Below, in pieces: positions 40,722 through 55,025 of a stretch of 64,000 bases of DNA. The position numbers and the translations under genes were made by a program. The stretch is from Octopus vulgaris (Eukaryota), in NCBI GenBank assembly GCA_951406725.2, contig OX597822.1, forward strand, positions 15,748,001 through 15,812,000, written 5' to 3'. The notes under the pieces were generated by a model. It did no database searches, was not told where the DNA came from, and saw only the letters and a program-made list of their open reading frames with translations. Position 1 is the stretch's first letter, and every line of letters begins with the position of its first letter.

Positions 40722-40784
<63 letters not shown>
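40722..40784. repeat. (AAT)n microsatellite at the LINE 5' junction
   Basis: Directly visible. Confidence 0.95.
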
Positions 40785-42790
40785 GGAGAACCACATTAAC
40801 TCTGAACAGTGACAATGAATCCCTAAATGCTGGTGATGTAAAAATTTCGTGTGGCATTTTCCAGGGTGACTCACTGTCACCACTCCTCTTTTGTTTATCC
40901 TTAATACCTCTCTCAAAGCTGCTCAATGACGCGCAGTACGGGTATAAAATGTTTGATAAAAATATAAATCATCTCATTTACATGGATGATTTAAAGCTTT
41001 TTGCAAAACATGAACAACAACTCAAGGGCTTACTAGCGATAGTCAAACAATTCAGTGACGACATCAGAATGCAATTCGGCCTCGATAAATGTGCAAAAAC
41101 TACCTTTATCAAAGGAAAAATGACAGAAACATCTAACGTTAACCTTGACCAGCAGAACGTCATAAAAGAACTAGACCCAGCGGAGAGCTACAAGTACCAA
41201 GAGGTAATTGAAGGGAACGGAATAAGGCATTCAGAGATGAAGGAAAGGATCAGGAGAGAATGCTATCGAAGAGTGAGAGCAATACTCAAGACAGAGCTGA
41301 ATGCAAGAAACAGAATCGAAGCGATCAATGCATTAGCCATACCAGTCGTGACTTACAGTTTCAATATTGTTAACTGGTCAATTACTGAAATATGTCAGCT
41401 CGACAGAAAAATAAGGAAACTGTTGACAATGCATAGAATGCACCACCCTAAGGCAGATACAGAACGACTCTATCTGCCAAGAAAAGAGGGAGGCCGTGGT
41501 CTTTTGCAACTGGCAATAACAATGAAGATTGTTACAATTGGCCTTGACACCTACCTGAAAAGCTCTAAGGGCTGGATGTTAAAACTTGTCTCAAAACATG
41601 AAAACAAGAAAGCATCATACTCAGTCACAAAGCAGGCAAAGGAATATCTAAGTGAATTCTGAATACAACCAATTTCGGAATTAGGGATAGACATACAAGA
41701 AACAAGCACAGAAAAAGCTAGGAGCATGAAAACCCGTGCCAAAAATTCGGCCTTAGATATTCTGAATAATAAATGGCAAGAAAAACCTCTCTGTGGCAAA
41801 TACCCAAAGAGAGCGAATAATGCAGATATCGGCAAAGCCCTGACCCATCAATGGCTAATGGCCTCTGGCTTAAAATCTGAAACAGAGGGGTTTATCATAG
41901 CAGCTCAAGATCAATGCCTACCAACAAGAAACTACCAGGCCAACATATTAAAGAACGGCAGTAGCCCAACATGTCGTGTATGCCGACAACAAAATGAAAC
42001 CATTGATCATGTTGTCTCCAAATGCAGTCTTCTAGCGCCTACAGAGTACCTCAATAGGCATGATAGAGCTGCACAATATATTCACTGGGTAATTTGCAAA
42101 AACCTGGATTTGCCCCATGAAAAAAACTGGTAGGAACACAATCCACCTCCAGTGCTTGAAAATGACCACATCTCACTCCTCTAGAACTTCAACATTCAAA
42201 CTGACAGGAAGATAGATGGAAATAGGCCAGACATCATATTGAAAGACTTCAGGCAAAGAACATGCCTCCTCATTGATATGACTGTCCCAATCGATATAAA
42301 CGTATCCGTCAAGACCTACCAAAAACTGAGCAAATATAAAGATCTTGAAATAGAAATCAGCAAAATTTGGAAGCTGAAGACTAAAACAATACCTGTTGTC
42401 ATAGGTGCCCTGGGAATGATAGCGAAAGGGACTGATTGCTACCTAACTCAGATACTAGGAAACCCCAAAATGGCAGAAATTCAAAAGATAGTGCTCATGG
42501 GAACTGCTCATATCCTACGCAAAATACTCTCTATGTAATCCCAAGGTTTAAAACAAACTTTTTTTAAATTTTTATTTTTATTTTTTTATTTTTATTTTTT
42601 TTTTTTTTTAATTTGTTATTTTATTTTATTTTTATGTATTAGACATTCACTAGTACAACACCAAAAAAACAACAAAAAACCCCAAATATATGGCACAGAA
42701 CTTCCAACCTGTTGTCTCTTGAGGTCTCTGGGTGAGACTTGGAGCCAACTTGTACAGACATAAAGCAAAAGTTAAACATAGAATAATAAT
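40785..42790 (+). mobile_element. 5'-truncated R4/Dong-like non-LTR retrotransposon (RT, CCHC knuckle, REL endonuclease)
   Basis: One reading frame with point stops only: GIFQGDSLSPLLF, HLIYMDDLKLFA, CRVCRQQNETIDHVVSKC, RHD, RPDII, LLIDMTVP and KYKDL. It has a 3' UTR and is flanked by TAA repeats. Confidence 0.92.
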
Positions 42791-44133
42791 GATAATAAAA
42801 TGACCAGTTAGGTTAGAGCATCATAGAAAAGTAATAAAAATAGCCTAATCACTAAAAACCATAATAAAACATCCATATCTTATTAACTTCAATAGCAAAG
42901 ATTTATAGAAAATGTATATAATGATTTAAGTATTATGAGCTAAAAATTGTTAATTAACTTATTTAGCTTATAATCAGGACGGAAACCCGGTATTGGTTAA
43001 AAGAATAATTGTTAAAAGGACATACTAATTATATACTAATATTAAATTAAAAGGTATAATATAGATTTTAAAAGTTATTTGTGTTAATCCATAAATGATA
43101 TTACAATTTCTTAGGGGTACTTAATTGGAAGGGCTGTTTGTATAAAGCCAATATAAATACCAAAATTAAGAGGACGGAACACTTTCAGAAAGGGATTAAA
43201 AGCTTAATTAATAAAACTATTTTAAACAATATACCATTATTGTATAAAGTTAAAATTTAGGGTTATCTGGAAGATTTATCATTGAGGTGAGAGAACAAAT
43301 TTACTATAAATTATAATCTAAGCAGTTTAATATTAAGTTGTAAAGATACCCATATTGTTTTTTATAAGCTAAGTATGGATTCATAGGGGTACAAAAATTT
43401 AGGCTTGTCTAAAGGCAATTATAAACTATCAAAATGATCGGGTAGGGTAGAAACACCATAGGAAATGATATAAAATATCTTAATCACTAAAATCATGATG
43501 AAGTATATATACAACTTAGTAACTTCAATAGAGAAGATTTAGAGAAAATATGAAATGATTCAAGTATTTAAAACTAAAAATTGTTTATTTACTTAATTAG
43601 CTTGTGTCTATAATCACTGATAGCCAGTATTAATTAAAGGAAAATTAATGCTACCTATGCACTGAAATATATAAATATATACACAAGCGTATCCCCAGAC
43701 CTCTCTTTCTTCAAAACACATACTTATGTGTGTACGTGCGTATCTGATTGTGCATGTATGTGTTTAATTTTCTGTGTGCGTTTTGAAGGAACAGATATTG
43801 TATGTATGTATATGTGTATATATCTGTCTATGTTATACAAATATGTATGTTATACATACTTACACATGTATGTATATATTTTCCCTGAGTAGCCAAGATG
43901 AAGTCCTCTCTTGAATTATATATTTTGTCGATTTTAATGACGTATTTATGATGCAGAATGTGTGTTTTCAACGCTACGGTAACTATTTAATCGCTGCGGT
44001 TATGTCAAACGCAAATATAATTTATATACTTATATTTTTATACTCATATGTTTCGTAGGACAAACAGAAAAATACAAGTCAGTAAATTAGTATAATTTGG
44101 TATCTATAGTTTTAAACCTTTTCCATCTGTCTG

Positions 44134-45249
44134 TACGAGGTCAGATAAACAAGTATCCGGACTGGTGTTATAAAAACAAAAGTACAACACGTACCAATTT
44201 GGCATTTAATCTCCTTCAAAATACTTCCCTTCGGAAACCATACACTTAATCCAGCGTTGATTCCATTGATGGAAGCATTCCTGGAACTCGTTTACTGGGA
44301 TAATCAGCAGCTGCCTCATCGCATTCCCTTTGATTTTCGCGAGGCCCTGAAATCGCTACACAAGAAGCGCTGAATACGCAGGTGCAAACCGTCATTGTAG
44401 TACTACCTCTTTACTGTCTGACCAGATGGAGCATGCTCAAGATGAACAATCCACTTGTAGTTGAAAGAAAATGGTCAAGGGGGTGTTCACATTGCTTCGA
44501 CTCATTCGTGTTCTCTTCGATTTCAGAGAGGTCGGATTCTTCCACTGCGAAGACTGAGCCTTTGTTTCAGGGTCATAGCCATAGATCCACGATTCATCAC
44601 CCATTATGACCGTTTTCAAAAAGTCTTTATTGTTCTCGAAACAATCAAGGAAATCTTGTGTCACTGGAATCCAAGTGTCTTTGTGGTCAGCTGAAAGCAG
44701 TTTTCGTACAATCTTGGCAGTCATGCATCTCATACTCAAATCTTCAGTGATAATGGACTGGATTGAACTGTAACTAATCTGCACATGCTCTGAAACTCAC
44801 GGATGGTTATTCGACGATCTCCCATCAGAGCCGCGTTCCCATCTGCGATGTTTTTCCCAGTTCTCTTAGTTGCCGGTCTTCCAGAACGTTCTTCACTATC
44901 GACATTTATCGGCCATTTTCGAAACGTCTGAACCACTCGTACACTTGTGTGCGGCGGCTAATACACTTTCTTTAACCTTGCGTAGACCTCTGAGCAGTTA
45001 TCGCCGGGCTTTTGGTAAAATTTGATAATGATTCTTTTATCAACTTTCTGTCATGGTCAATGCGACGATCACACGCTACACACCTTCCTTCCAAGTACTG
45101 CTGTAAAGAATAGAAATGAGCCTAGAACGTTATAACATAGTGCGCCTGCATAGATGAGTTCAAGTTCAATCTGAGCCAAGTGACATCATTCTGCATGCTT
45201 TGGCTTCGTTACTATGACAACAGTAGATGATTATTGATCAGATCACCTA
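44134..45249 (-). mobile_element. Mariner transposon relic
   Basis: VIMGDESWIYGYDPETKAQSSQWK and ERSGRP motifs. Degenerate TIRs TACGAGGTCAGATAAACAAGTATC and GATGATTATTGATCAGATCACCTA. Confidence 0.9.
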
Positions 45250-47043
45250 TATTCCACACAAAGTAACGAAGTCGATTCAAAGGCTGAATACATGCAGAAG
45301 TACATACACATACATGATACCTTCATCCACAAAATTTCTCAAAATGAATACTCATACAAACCATACACCTCTCACATGGCAGTGCCAAAGACAACTTGTA
45401 AGAAAGGGACAAAAACATTCCAGCACCCAACCTTTGATGGCGACATATAATTCTGCGCGTACCAACTTACAGTCACGAAACAGTTGATGGGAATCTACAG
45501 GATTTCATCTGGTGTCTAAGAGATATAGGCACCCGATATATCCAGCTCCTCAGAATAAAACTGACTGCCTTAAAATATGGAATGCACAATGAAGAACGTA
45601 ATTGTTCCAAACCAACTGCAAGAAGAATCTAAGAAGATACCAAAAATCTCAAATACGAAAACTAAAACTTGAACACAGTTGTATATTTAATGAAACAAGT
45701 TCACTCATACATGCAGTAAACGTGCACTGTGTGTCACTGTTGGTTTTATTTCTCAAACGAATTGCAATTTTCATAGAAGTGCCTGAAACAAATTACATTA
45801 GCATAAAGTGAACGTCATTAAGTAACGTATTATACTTGATATAAGATATACTAAACAGTTCAACACACCACCATATTGTAGCAGTTATGCAACAGCACAG
45901 ATTTTTACGCATACATGTACGCAACGACAATATTAACTATCAAACCAATAAAGTATTTCAATTATTTTAAAATTCAAAACTGTCAATAGTTTAAAATTTA
46001 TCGCTATGAAATATTTTAACCTAAAGTATGTAATTACAGCAGCTCATAATTTATTTCATAATCTTGAAATTATATTGCCAATAGAACGAAATTATTGACT
46101 TGGAATTAATTGAAGTTTGATCAGTGAAATAAAAAATATGTGTAGCTTCTAGGTGTTAATGTCAGACAGTTTCTATTAAACGATCTAATTTCGTATCAAT
46201 TGCTTAATAGCTTTTGTTGTTTATTACATGTAAGTACAACAGGTTACGTTTGATTATACATGCACATTTGAGGTTAAATATATCTCATTTGAATTTTGAA
46301 ATAGTTGTTTACGAGATGAGCAACACAGAATATATACTTATCGAGTGCTGTGTACTCGAATATTTTCTTCTGAATCCCAACATGATAAACATTTAAATTT
46401 GATGCTTTTGATATTTTGTACATTATAAAAAGAAAATGAAAAGAATGTATTTACCAAAATTCAATATTCTTATTAACTTACTTTTCGCCAAATGTAAATG
46501 GTAGACATAGGAGATGAATGAATGAGAATATTAATTGATATTACAATCTCTAAAGTAGTTGATAAATGTTACCGTAACTTTGCGATGTTATACAAGCTGG
46601 CACTTACTAAATGAGAAAAGCTAATAGCCAAAGTGAAGATAATGACTGTGAAATTAGATTAAAAGATTCGAGTGGACATGATTAGTAAATACAACACCTA
46701 ATATCTGAAATAAGTGAAAACATACATGATGCTAACTAATTCTAATTAACTAGTTGATTAATCTTGGTTTCTGGAAGCATCTGGAGGTTAATGTACTGTG
46801 TATAGTGTAAAGTTGAATAAATGTGATTATTTTATATACTCCATGATAAGCTCAGGGGATCTGCTATACTTTCGTGTTTCCTAGCATATAACGTTATTCT
46901 AATGGCTGTTATAATATCGCTACACGTAACACCAAAACTGCCATTACGTCTAGCTAGCGTAGTTCTCCAGGCTTGCAAATGCTTGGCAATGCAACCGTCT
47001 CATTGTATTATGAGGTCTAATTGTGTTTCCAATTATATATATA

Positions 47044-47142
47044 TAATTTTCATTCCTTTCGAAAATTTATCCTTTTTGGTGGTTTTGAGTTTTCTACTGC
47101 TCTTTCTAGCACAAGGCTTTCCTATTTGGAAGCCTCTTATTG

Positions 47143-47218
<76 letters not shown>

Positions 47219-47528
47219 AATTCAAAGGGCAAGACCACTAGGTAGTCGGCCGTATGCTAGAAATAGATCATTATTACCAGTGGCCTAGCACAAAAACGAA
47301 TTAGTCATTAGACTATATATTATTCACATAGAAATACAATAAGAGGCTTCCAAATAGGAAAGCCTTGTGCTAGAAAGAGCAGTAGAAAACTCAAAACCAC
47401 CAAAAAGAATAAATTTTCGAAAGGAATGAAAATTAAAAACGTTTACCATCTCAATTATTTCCCAGACCATGGTTTCTAACTATTTCCATCAAAAAAATAT
47501 TTGCTGAAGGCCATTTTCATCAGTGGGA
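47044..47528. mobile_element. HHR-bearing non-coding element with 106-bp inverted repeat, related to the 10840 element
   Basis: 47044-47149 is the reverse complement of 47330-47435 (one mismatch seen). CTAGG.AGTCGGCCGTATGCTAGAAA.AGATCAT is shared with ~10859-10892. Confidence 0.8.
47460..47528 (-). ncRNA. Type I hammerhead ribozyme motif
   Basis: TCCCA-CTGATGA-...-GAAAC-CATG-GTC-TGGGA: intact core, 5-bp stem I, palindromic ACCATGGT and GUC site. Stem II pairing is weak. Confidence 0.7.
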
Positions 47529-47594
47529 CAGCCTTTCGATTTCAAATACACACACACACACATACACACACACACACATATATATACACACATA

Positions 47595-47655
<61 letters not shown>

Positions 47656-48273
47656 GATTCTCTTGTCGTGAACAACAAATGAGGATTCAGTAAAATAAAG
47701 CTGTAATTTCGCTCTTGAGGCACGAACAGATAACCTGAGGTCTGTTGGTGCCTTCCAAACCTTTTGTCAAATGGTTCAAGTTTCAGAATCACTTTGCCCA
47801 AGTGACTGTCGATCATTTACCATGTGTTTTCTTGCGTGCCCCAAAACAACAATGCCAGGTAAGGTTTCTATTTAAAGTCAAGTGAAGGAGGAAACAGCTT
47901 TTAATGCTCTCCTATCAGCATATACAGCAGAGGCAATAGTGGGATGATGGTTACGAATGGGCTAATGGACAAGCTCAGTTTTCGTCATCCTGATGGTCAG
48001 ACCAAAATACAATTGAGGAGCTGTTTAGTATCGATTGCATGTCCTCAAGTGTGTGTGTGCTAGAAGAGCACAGCCCTCTGTGCAGAGCAAATCTCGAAAA
48101 TCCGTGTTAAATTGTATATAATAAATATATTATTCCTATTTTCCGTTTCACTGCGTATTGAATGAATTGTATTTGACATTCATTTGCATATATATTCATA
48201 TTACATGTGTATATGGCTTGAAATGTATGGCTTGAAATGTATGGCTTAAAATTTCTTGGATTTACGAGAAATA

Positions 48274-49409
48274 TATTAGGCCGTCAAGTGTGAAATTTGT
48301 AGAAAAGAAAAAAAGTTTGCTAATGTTTTATAAATACAAGGGATAGTTTTATTCATCAACGTATGCACCCATATTGTCAATACACTTTTGCCATTTCAGC
48401 GGTAGCTTGTCCATTCTGGAACTGTAAGAGCCTGGCAATCTAGAAGCAATAAAATTTTGGAAGGCTTGTTTACAGCATTTTCAGAATTAAATACTTTTCC
48501 TATCAAAAAGTTATCCAAATTATGGAAGAAGTGGAAGTCAGTGGGGGCAAGATCAGGTGAGTACGGTGAATGATGTAGTTTCACCCATGCCATGTTTGCG
48601 ACGTGTAGTCTGGCGAGCCAGTTTTAATGAAATCATAATGGATCACACCTGCACCAGACCACCAAACACACATCATCAACTTTTTTTTATGAAGTTTCCC
48701 TTTTCGACTCATTTGGCAGCTCGTCTTTGTCCAACCATTGTGCTGAGCGTTTATGGTTGTTGCATTGGATCCATTTCTCATTAGGTGTTACAATTTGATT
48801 CAAAACTAATTCATTTTTGTGACGAGAAAGTAGCATAATGCAGGCTTCCAAACCTTGCTGTCTCTGATTTTCATTCAGTTCATGTGGAACCCACTTATCC
48901 AACATTTTCTCTTTACCGATTTGAACCAGGTGAGTCAATATTGTTTGCTTATTAACACCAAACAACAACAACAATTCACGAGGAGCACTTTGAGATGGAT
49001 CTGACTCGACGGTGGCTTTCAGTTCGTCATTATCCATCTTTGTTTCTGGTCGACTGCGTTGCTCATTTGTGAGGTCAAAGTTACCAGAACGAAATGCTAT
49101 AAACCAATTTGATACTGTATGCTGAGTAATAACATTAGAATGAAATAATCCATTAACCATTAATGTTCCGAATTGTCTGTGATGCTGTATTTCCAAGAAA
49201 GGACTCATATTTCAAAACTCTAAGAATTTCCGACTTATCCATCTCTAAACAAAAATAGGAAAAACGATTTATAAATACTTTATAAATAGATGTATTAGAT
49301 TTCAAACAAAAAAAATAAAGATTGCCAAAATATAATAATGGCGCAAAATGAGCAGCAGTCAAATTTTATCATATACCTTACTATAAATTTCATACTTGAC
49401 GACCTAATA
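48274..49409 (-). mobile_element. Near full-length mariner transposon (pseudogenised transposase)
   Basis: TA-flanked TIRs TTAGGCCGTCAAGTGTGAAATTT and AAATTTCATACTTGACGACCTAA. Motifs WVPHELNENQ and YSPDLAPTDFHFF. Confidence 0.95.
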
Positions 49410-52400
49410 TTTAATGTTTGTAACCTCATTCTTTCTCGAGTGTTGAATCCTAATTTAAATTTGTAATTCACTAAGTAAAAGATATATTTCCGTTCACTTG
49501 CAAACTGGACGCTATTCATGAGGCATTTTGGTCACCTCAGTTACCAATGGTGGAAATGAAAGGAGACCTAGTTTGATTTGAAGATTTGCAAGTTCTTAGA
49601 TTAACATCTGATAAATATTTTCTAAAAATATGAGATGGATAATGTCTAAAGACAAAAATTAATGACAGTCTTCCAAAAGGCTACCAATTATATTTCTGTA
49701 AATCATATTATACTCACAAAGCTTTAGTCGAGAAGAAATTAGACAGAAGATAATTACCCAACGTGCTGTATGATCACACCAGAATTCACGTAATCGAGAA
49801 GCGAACTACTTAACTGGGCTCACACTCATCCGGCACATGGTGTATTTCCCGTTCAAAGCGTTTTCTAACATTTCCTATTATCATACGTTTCTGCATGCTG
49901 CAATGAAATTACTTCTCCCATTCACCTGTTTCATGAGCATATTCCAGTCCTTAACGATTACTTGTATTGAACGTAACCCCGACATTGCAAATCGTTTTGC
50001 AAAGGTCTACTGTAATAACTTCCTGTTGCTCTCAGCAAGCAACAAAATACATTATGCATGTACAGATATATTATCCATGAAATGACGAACCTCGCTTCTA
50101 GAATGTTTGCAATGTTTACATACTCTAATGATGCTTTATCCATTCTTGATAATAATATTGACCAAGTGACAGTTTGACCAAGACATACTTTCCCACGAAT
50201 AAAACAATAATGCAGTTTTAAATTTTGAAGCAACATGGAAGTACAAATGCATTATCACATTGACCAAGGCGCATCAACGATTATCTTTTCTAAATTATTC
50301 AGTAATTACACGCCAAAACCGCCTCGTCAACTTTGTATTTAAATGCATTATATCAATGAGCATCCTGTCCTTTTTGTTTTTTAAATTCTAGTACAAAATA
50401 TTTAGGAGAAAAATATATCGAGTGTACTTTTGTTTTCAGATCATACAATGTGCTTTGAAGAGTTTGTTAACACTTGCCTGAAGTCCAGCTACAATACACG
50501 GGCATCATCATTGCCTGGGAGTACTTTGTCAAGCTTAAATGGGTTTACAGTGTTCTATTTCAGCCTGTAATTTCGAAGACAAAGAAATGAACTAAAGAAT
50601 TTATTGCATAATTTGCCTCTATAGTGCAAACACGACATTCATGTCATTTCACATATTGACATCAAATATTTTCGACACGCACCCGAGCATGTATGCATGT
50701 CAACTGAAGCAGGTATCACACGTTATTAAAACATCAGATGCATTATTTTAGCTCAATTATTTTCCAGAAACAGTATATATGTTTTTGTAAAATCGGTCTC
50801 TGCTGTTGTTTTCCAGTGAAGCATCTAGATAAAAATGTCATAGAAAATATCTTACAGAACTACATACAGTACATGCTTCATACGCACCAACATACACATA
50901 TATGCGGGTAATCACTTATACATGTATGTACCTCTCTCGAATTAGTTACACACTGCATGTCTGAATCAACACAATTTGCTCTATGTTAAAACTTCTTCGT
51001 TGTTTTTGGGCAGTATAATTGGATATTATTGTTTACACTGGAATAATTGATTAGATTTCCAGTAGATGTGTTTATTTCTAAGAATTTCTCATAAATCTTA
51101 CATTAAAGCTGCCCAGCCTGTTTACGTATCATCACGAAATGGTAACGAAAACATTTCTGTAATTTATAATCGAATAAACAAACAGTCAAATAGTATCCAA
51201 CTTCAGAAATCGAGTAAAGTAAACACGTCTTTGGTTATGTTTTATATTTCTCGACTTTCAGTTGTGTATGGCCATAAACAGTGATAAATCAATAAATATG
51301 AAATACCATTAATCTTTCAAAACCCTTCCCATAATTCGTAGGAAAATACACACACACACACAAGCACGCAATAGTATTCCTTCGCGGAGAACTAATTTTT
51401 ACTCAATACTTTGAAGATACTGTTGTCAGTAAAAACATAAATACATGATATATAATACACATCTCTTTCATAATTCCTTTTATCTTACCAATCAAACTCG
51501 GTACTTTTGCATTAGGACAAACTCTTCACTCTTCATTAAATATTCTATATTTGATTCTTATTTATATTCTGCACACCTATATTTATTTCATTTAGTGACA
51601 TTTATACCAAATATCTATTGTTGTATTCGAAGAAATCAGTTCTTGATCTCACTCGTCTCTGATGTTTCTCGAAACTGTCACCTTTCTCCCTACTTTGATT
51701 TCTACCTTCCATGAATCAGGCAAGGAAACAAATTCTATATTTCTTTTTTCTCCGCGTATTACAAATCCCATACATTTTGTTCGGGACTCAAAACTTAGCA
51801 TCAGAATGTGAATCGGGTGCATGTTTCAAATGTAGTTTACCATTGTTAGACTAGGAAATAAGATTTACATTGTGAAAGGTTAAATACAACCGAGATTTAA
51901 AGGAAGCGGGAAATAGTTTCTATCATTTATTAAGTGGTGTCATTTTACTTCTCTTCCTGTATTATTCACACACTTTTGTGCAATATTACCTGTTCATGTT
52001 GTTTGTAAATTATTGATTTTCTTTGAAGCAAAGAAATTGTTTTGACTGATGCATTGACTTCTGCATAGATTCCAGACGTTCTGCATCAAAACTAAGAAAG
52101 GTAAATACATTTTTCAGTGGCAAATTGTTAACAGGAGCAATATTTGATGTAGCAGTCAATGTATACCAATATGTTGACTAATAGTAAAACATATGATTTC
52201 AAATGGAAATTTAAAGCATCTGTTTTAAAGAAAACCTAAAATCTTAAGTTCATTTGCCTAGAGAGGACTTGCGTAAAACGTCAACAACATTGCTCCAGAT
52301 TTAGGTACATCAAGTACATGAAACATAGTCGTTAATTACAGAAGACATGATAGTGGTTACTCAGAAAGTGACGACATACCAAGAAGATTGTTACGATTGT

Positions 52401-54986
52401 TTTCATCACAGATGAGATACTGAAAGATTTTAGGTCAGTATCTTGCTTCCAGGTGTTCCCTTTTGTCTGATATGACACGCTGACGTGTGTTCCTATGTTT
52501 CGAATACAGAGAAAAAGAAACAAATGAGAGTATGCTTACCTCCTGATTCATCTCCAACTGCGGTTGGCTTCTACTTGGTTGAATCAATAGCTTTCCAGTT
52601 GTAAGGTGTCACGTTTATAATACCTAAAGTTGTGTCTAGTTATAAACGGATCATTTTCTCCTTCCTTCTTAATTTCACATATTTTCCTTCTGCTTCGAAA
52701 TTACAACCAATCATTACAGACACCGAATTAGGTTGCGGAATTGATTAATTGTCACTGACTACTGCTCGATGTCTGATTTTCAGTTTGTGTTCTGCTAAAC
52801 TTCCTTGGTTTTCCTGGCACTGTTTTTTCTGGTGTCCACGTCATTTGCACACTGACCATTTGCGCGTCTTCTAAGGACATCACCGAACAAAATGTCATTC
52901 ACTGCAATGCCAGCAGACCGATGCTGGTTTTCATTTCTCAGTGCTTACTAGATATGGAGACATCCGGGAGGTTATTCTCGCGATATTTAAGCTAGGGTTG
53001 GATGGTAAGTGCTCCAACATGTGTTGTGCTTAAGGTGTTGAAGGTATTGGCACCCATGTGTAATTTCTTGGATGGTCATTTCTAGAGATTGTCCAGTTTT
53101 GTTCAATAATTTAATTCATACTTCAGTGTCGGTATGTGACTGTAAGCTGCAAATACACATTAAGCATTTGAAATGGTCTTCTCTCATGGTAGGTAACGCG
53201 AACAGTTTCCATTCAAAATCGACTCCACCTGCATGGGTGATATAATCATCTTTCGGCCTAAACAATTTTATATACTAATATCGAATACTGAACAATGATG
53301 AACACTCGCCAAAGATCTGTTGTGTCCAGTTATGAACTGATTATTGTGCGGTCTGGTCCAAAGTTAAATTTCTTGCATTCTTTGGTAGAGTGAAATGGCT
53401 ATATCATATGTGGTCTGTTGTTCCAAGTTTCATCAAGAGGAACTGGGTTTGTCATACATTTCCTGATTTGAAAAAGACATCGAATCCTTTGAATCATAAG
53501 GAGGAAATCATCAGGGTCATAACGGAACCCCGTCATGCAATTATATTCGTGTCAATGCAAACTAAATCGGTGACCTGAAGAATAACACACCATTCACTTG
53601 GTCGAGTTCTCGACTAGTAGCACTTGAATTTCTTCTTTGGCTTGCAGCACTTGAGCCGCTTCAATCTGAGATAGTTGCTGCTTCAAAACTGTTCCCAATT
53701 ATTCAGCAGTCATCGCTATGTTGACTGGATTTTCGGTCAGCAATTTCTGAATATCTTTTTGTATGTTCTTTACACGCAAATCCACATTCTTTTATAAAAA
53801 TGAATTGCAAATTAAAAATAAATCTACAGTTACATTGCAGATAATTGGCATCGTATACTTAGTAACTCTTAGTAACTTCGAGTAATCTCATCTTCGATGC
53901 TAAATTTGTTGTTTTATTGGTGAAACTCTTACTAATGAGAAACTAACCAAGAAACAGCAAAATTGTATAAGCAATACAAGAAAGTTACAAAAGGGAGCAG
54001 AAGAGTTCTCGCATTAAAGACATATTCTTCTTTTTTTATTGTTTGGGTTAGGTCGTCTATTTATTTATTTATTCAATTATAGTATAACTTTTCACTTCTA
54101 GTGCAGTAGTAGTATAGAATTCTCAATCCGAAACATCGACGGTTCAAATTCATGCGACAAGGCCACCACCAGTATATCCCATTATTTTGCTTTACTAATA
54201 ACATAACAAATTCCGCTTCTTGTCTCAGTTCAAACTTTACTTTCGTTATAATCGTTAACCAATACAAATAATGTATAATGTTATGTGTTCATGCATGTTT
54301 AATTCAATGGTATAATGTAATGACTAAGATATTTTAAAGAAAGAAATACAATGAACAAAAACTAGTGACACAAATAAGATGCAAAGTGGTAACAAAAACA
54401 AAAGAACCAAGAAAAACAACGATCGTCTGTCCAAATTGATAACGATTATAAAATCTCAATAAATTTTTTTTAGGAAATTCTGCTTGCATTATAAAATGTT
54501 ACACTACATTCCATTTCTGTATTACCACATTGTATTGTACAAGTTAAATGGAAGAATATTGTACCTGAGTTAAAGTACTCCAATGAAACTAATACTAAAA
54601 ACACAAAAGAGAACAATATCGAATGGGATTTTATGTGTACAATAACAATAGATTCTAATTGTAAATGAAATTGAATTGATAATTGTAAAAGAAAAAATAA
54701 CTTAATTATACTGCCATGGTTTTGCGTGAATAAAATTATAGTGACAACCGTTGAAATAACAATATTTATTGTAGGTTTTTGTAATTTACTATTTGTAACT
54801 TTACAAATGACTAAGGCTGATATGATATTTTTTATTCGGATCCACGTAGGATATTGTACAATTCGTTTTCTTTTTGTTCTCAATTATACGTTCTCTGGTC
54901 GAATATAAAAGATATATATGGGTGTGTATGTATTTATTTCTCTCTCTCTATCTCTCTCTCACTCTCTCTTTCTCTCTCTGTCTCTG

Positions 54987-55025
<39 letters not shown>

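Larger units (their letters stand above)
39600..43640. repeat. Old diverged tandem array (~630-820 bp unit) interrupted by a LINE
   Basis: Homologous blocks at ~39950, ~42807 and ~43442 (GTAGGG.AGA.CACCATAG.AA...), at ~39632 and ~40447, and at ~40390 and ~43240. Confidence 0.75.

Noticed and set aside
44036-44090. Hammerhead-like string on the minus strand (CTGACTT-GTA...TAC-GAAACATATGAG)
   Set aside because: The core and cleavage triplet are both broken and stem I is weak, so it cannot be distinguished from chance.
48212-48253. Three copies of TATGGCTTGAAATG
   Set aside because: Ordinary short tandem duplication with no further structure.
52330-53700. Possible decayed RTE LINE or piggyBac coding relic on the minus strand
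   Set aside because: Only scattered, conflicting motif hints (e.g. WTPEK..PGKPRK), too degenerate to call.
54470-54883. 137-aa hydrophobic minus-strand ORF
   Set aside because: No recognisable domain or splice context. The composition is what AT-rich DNA yields by chance.
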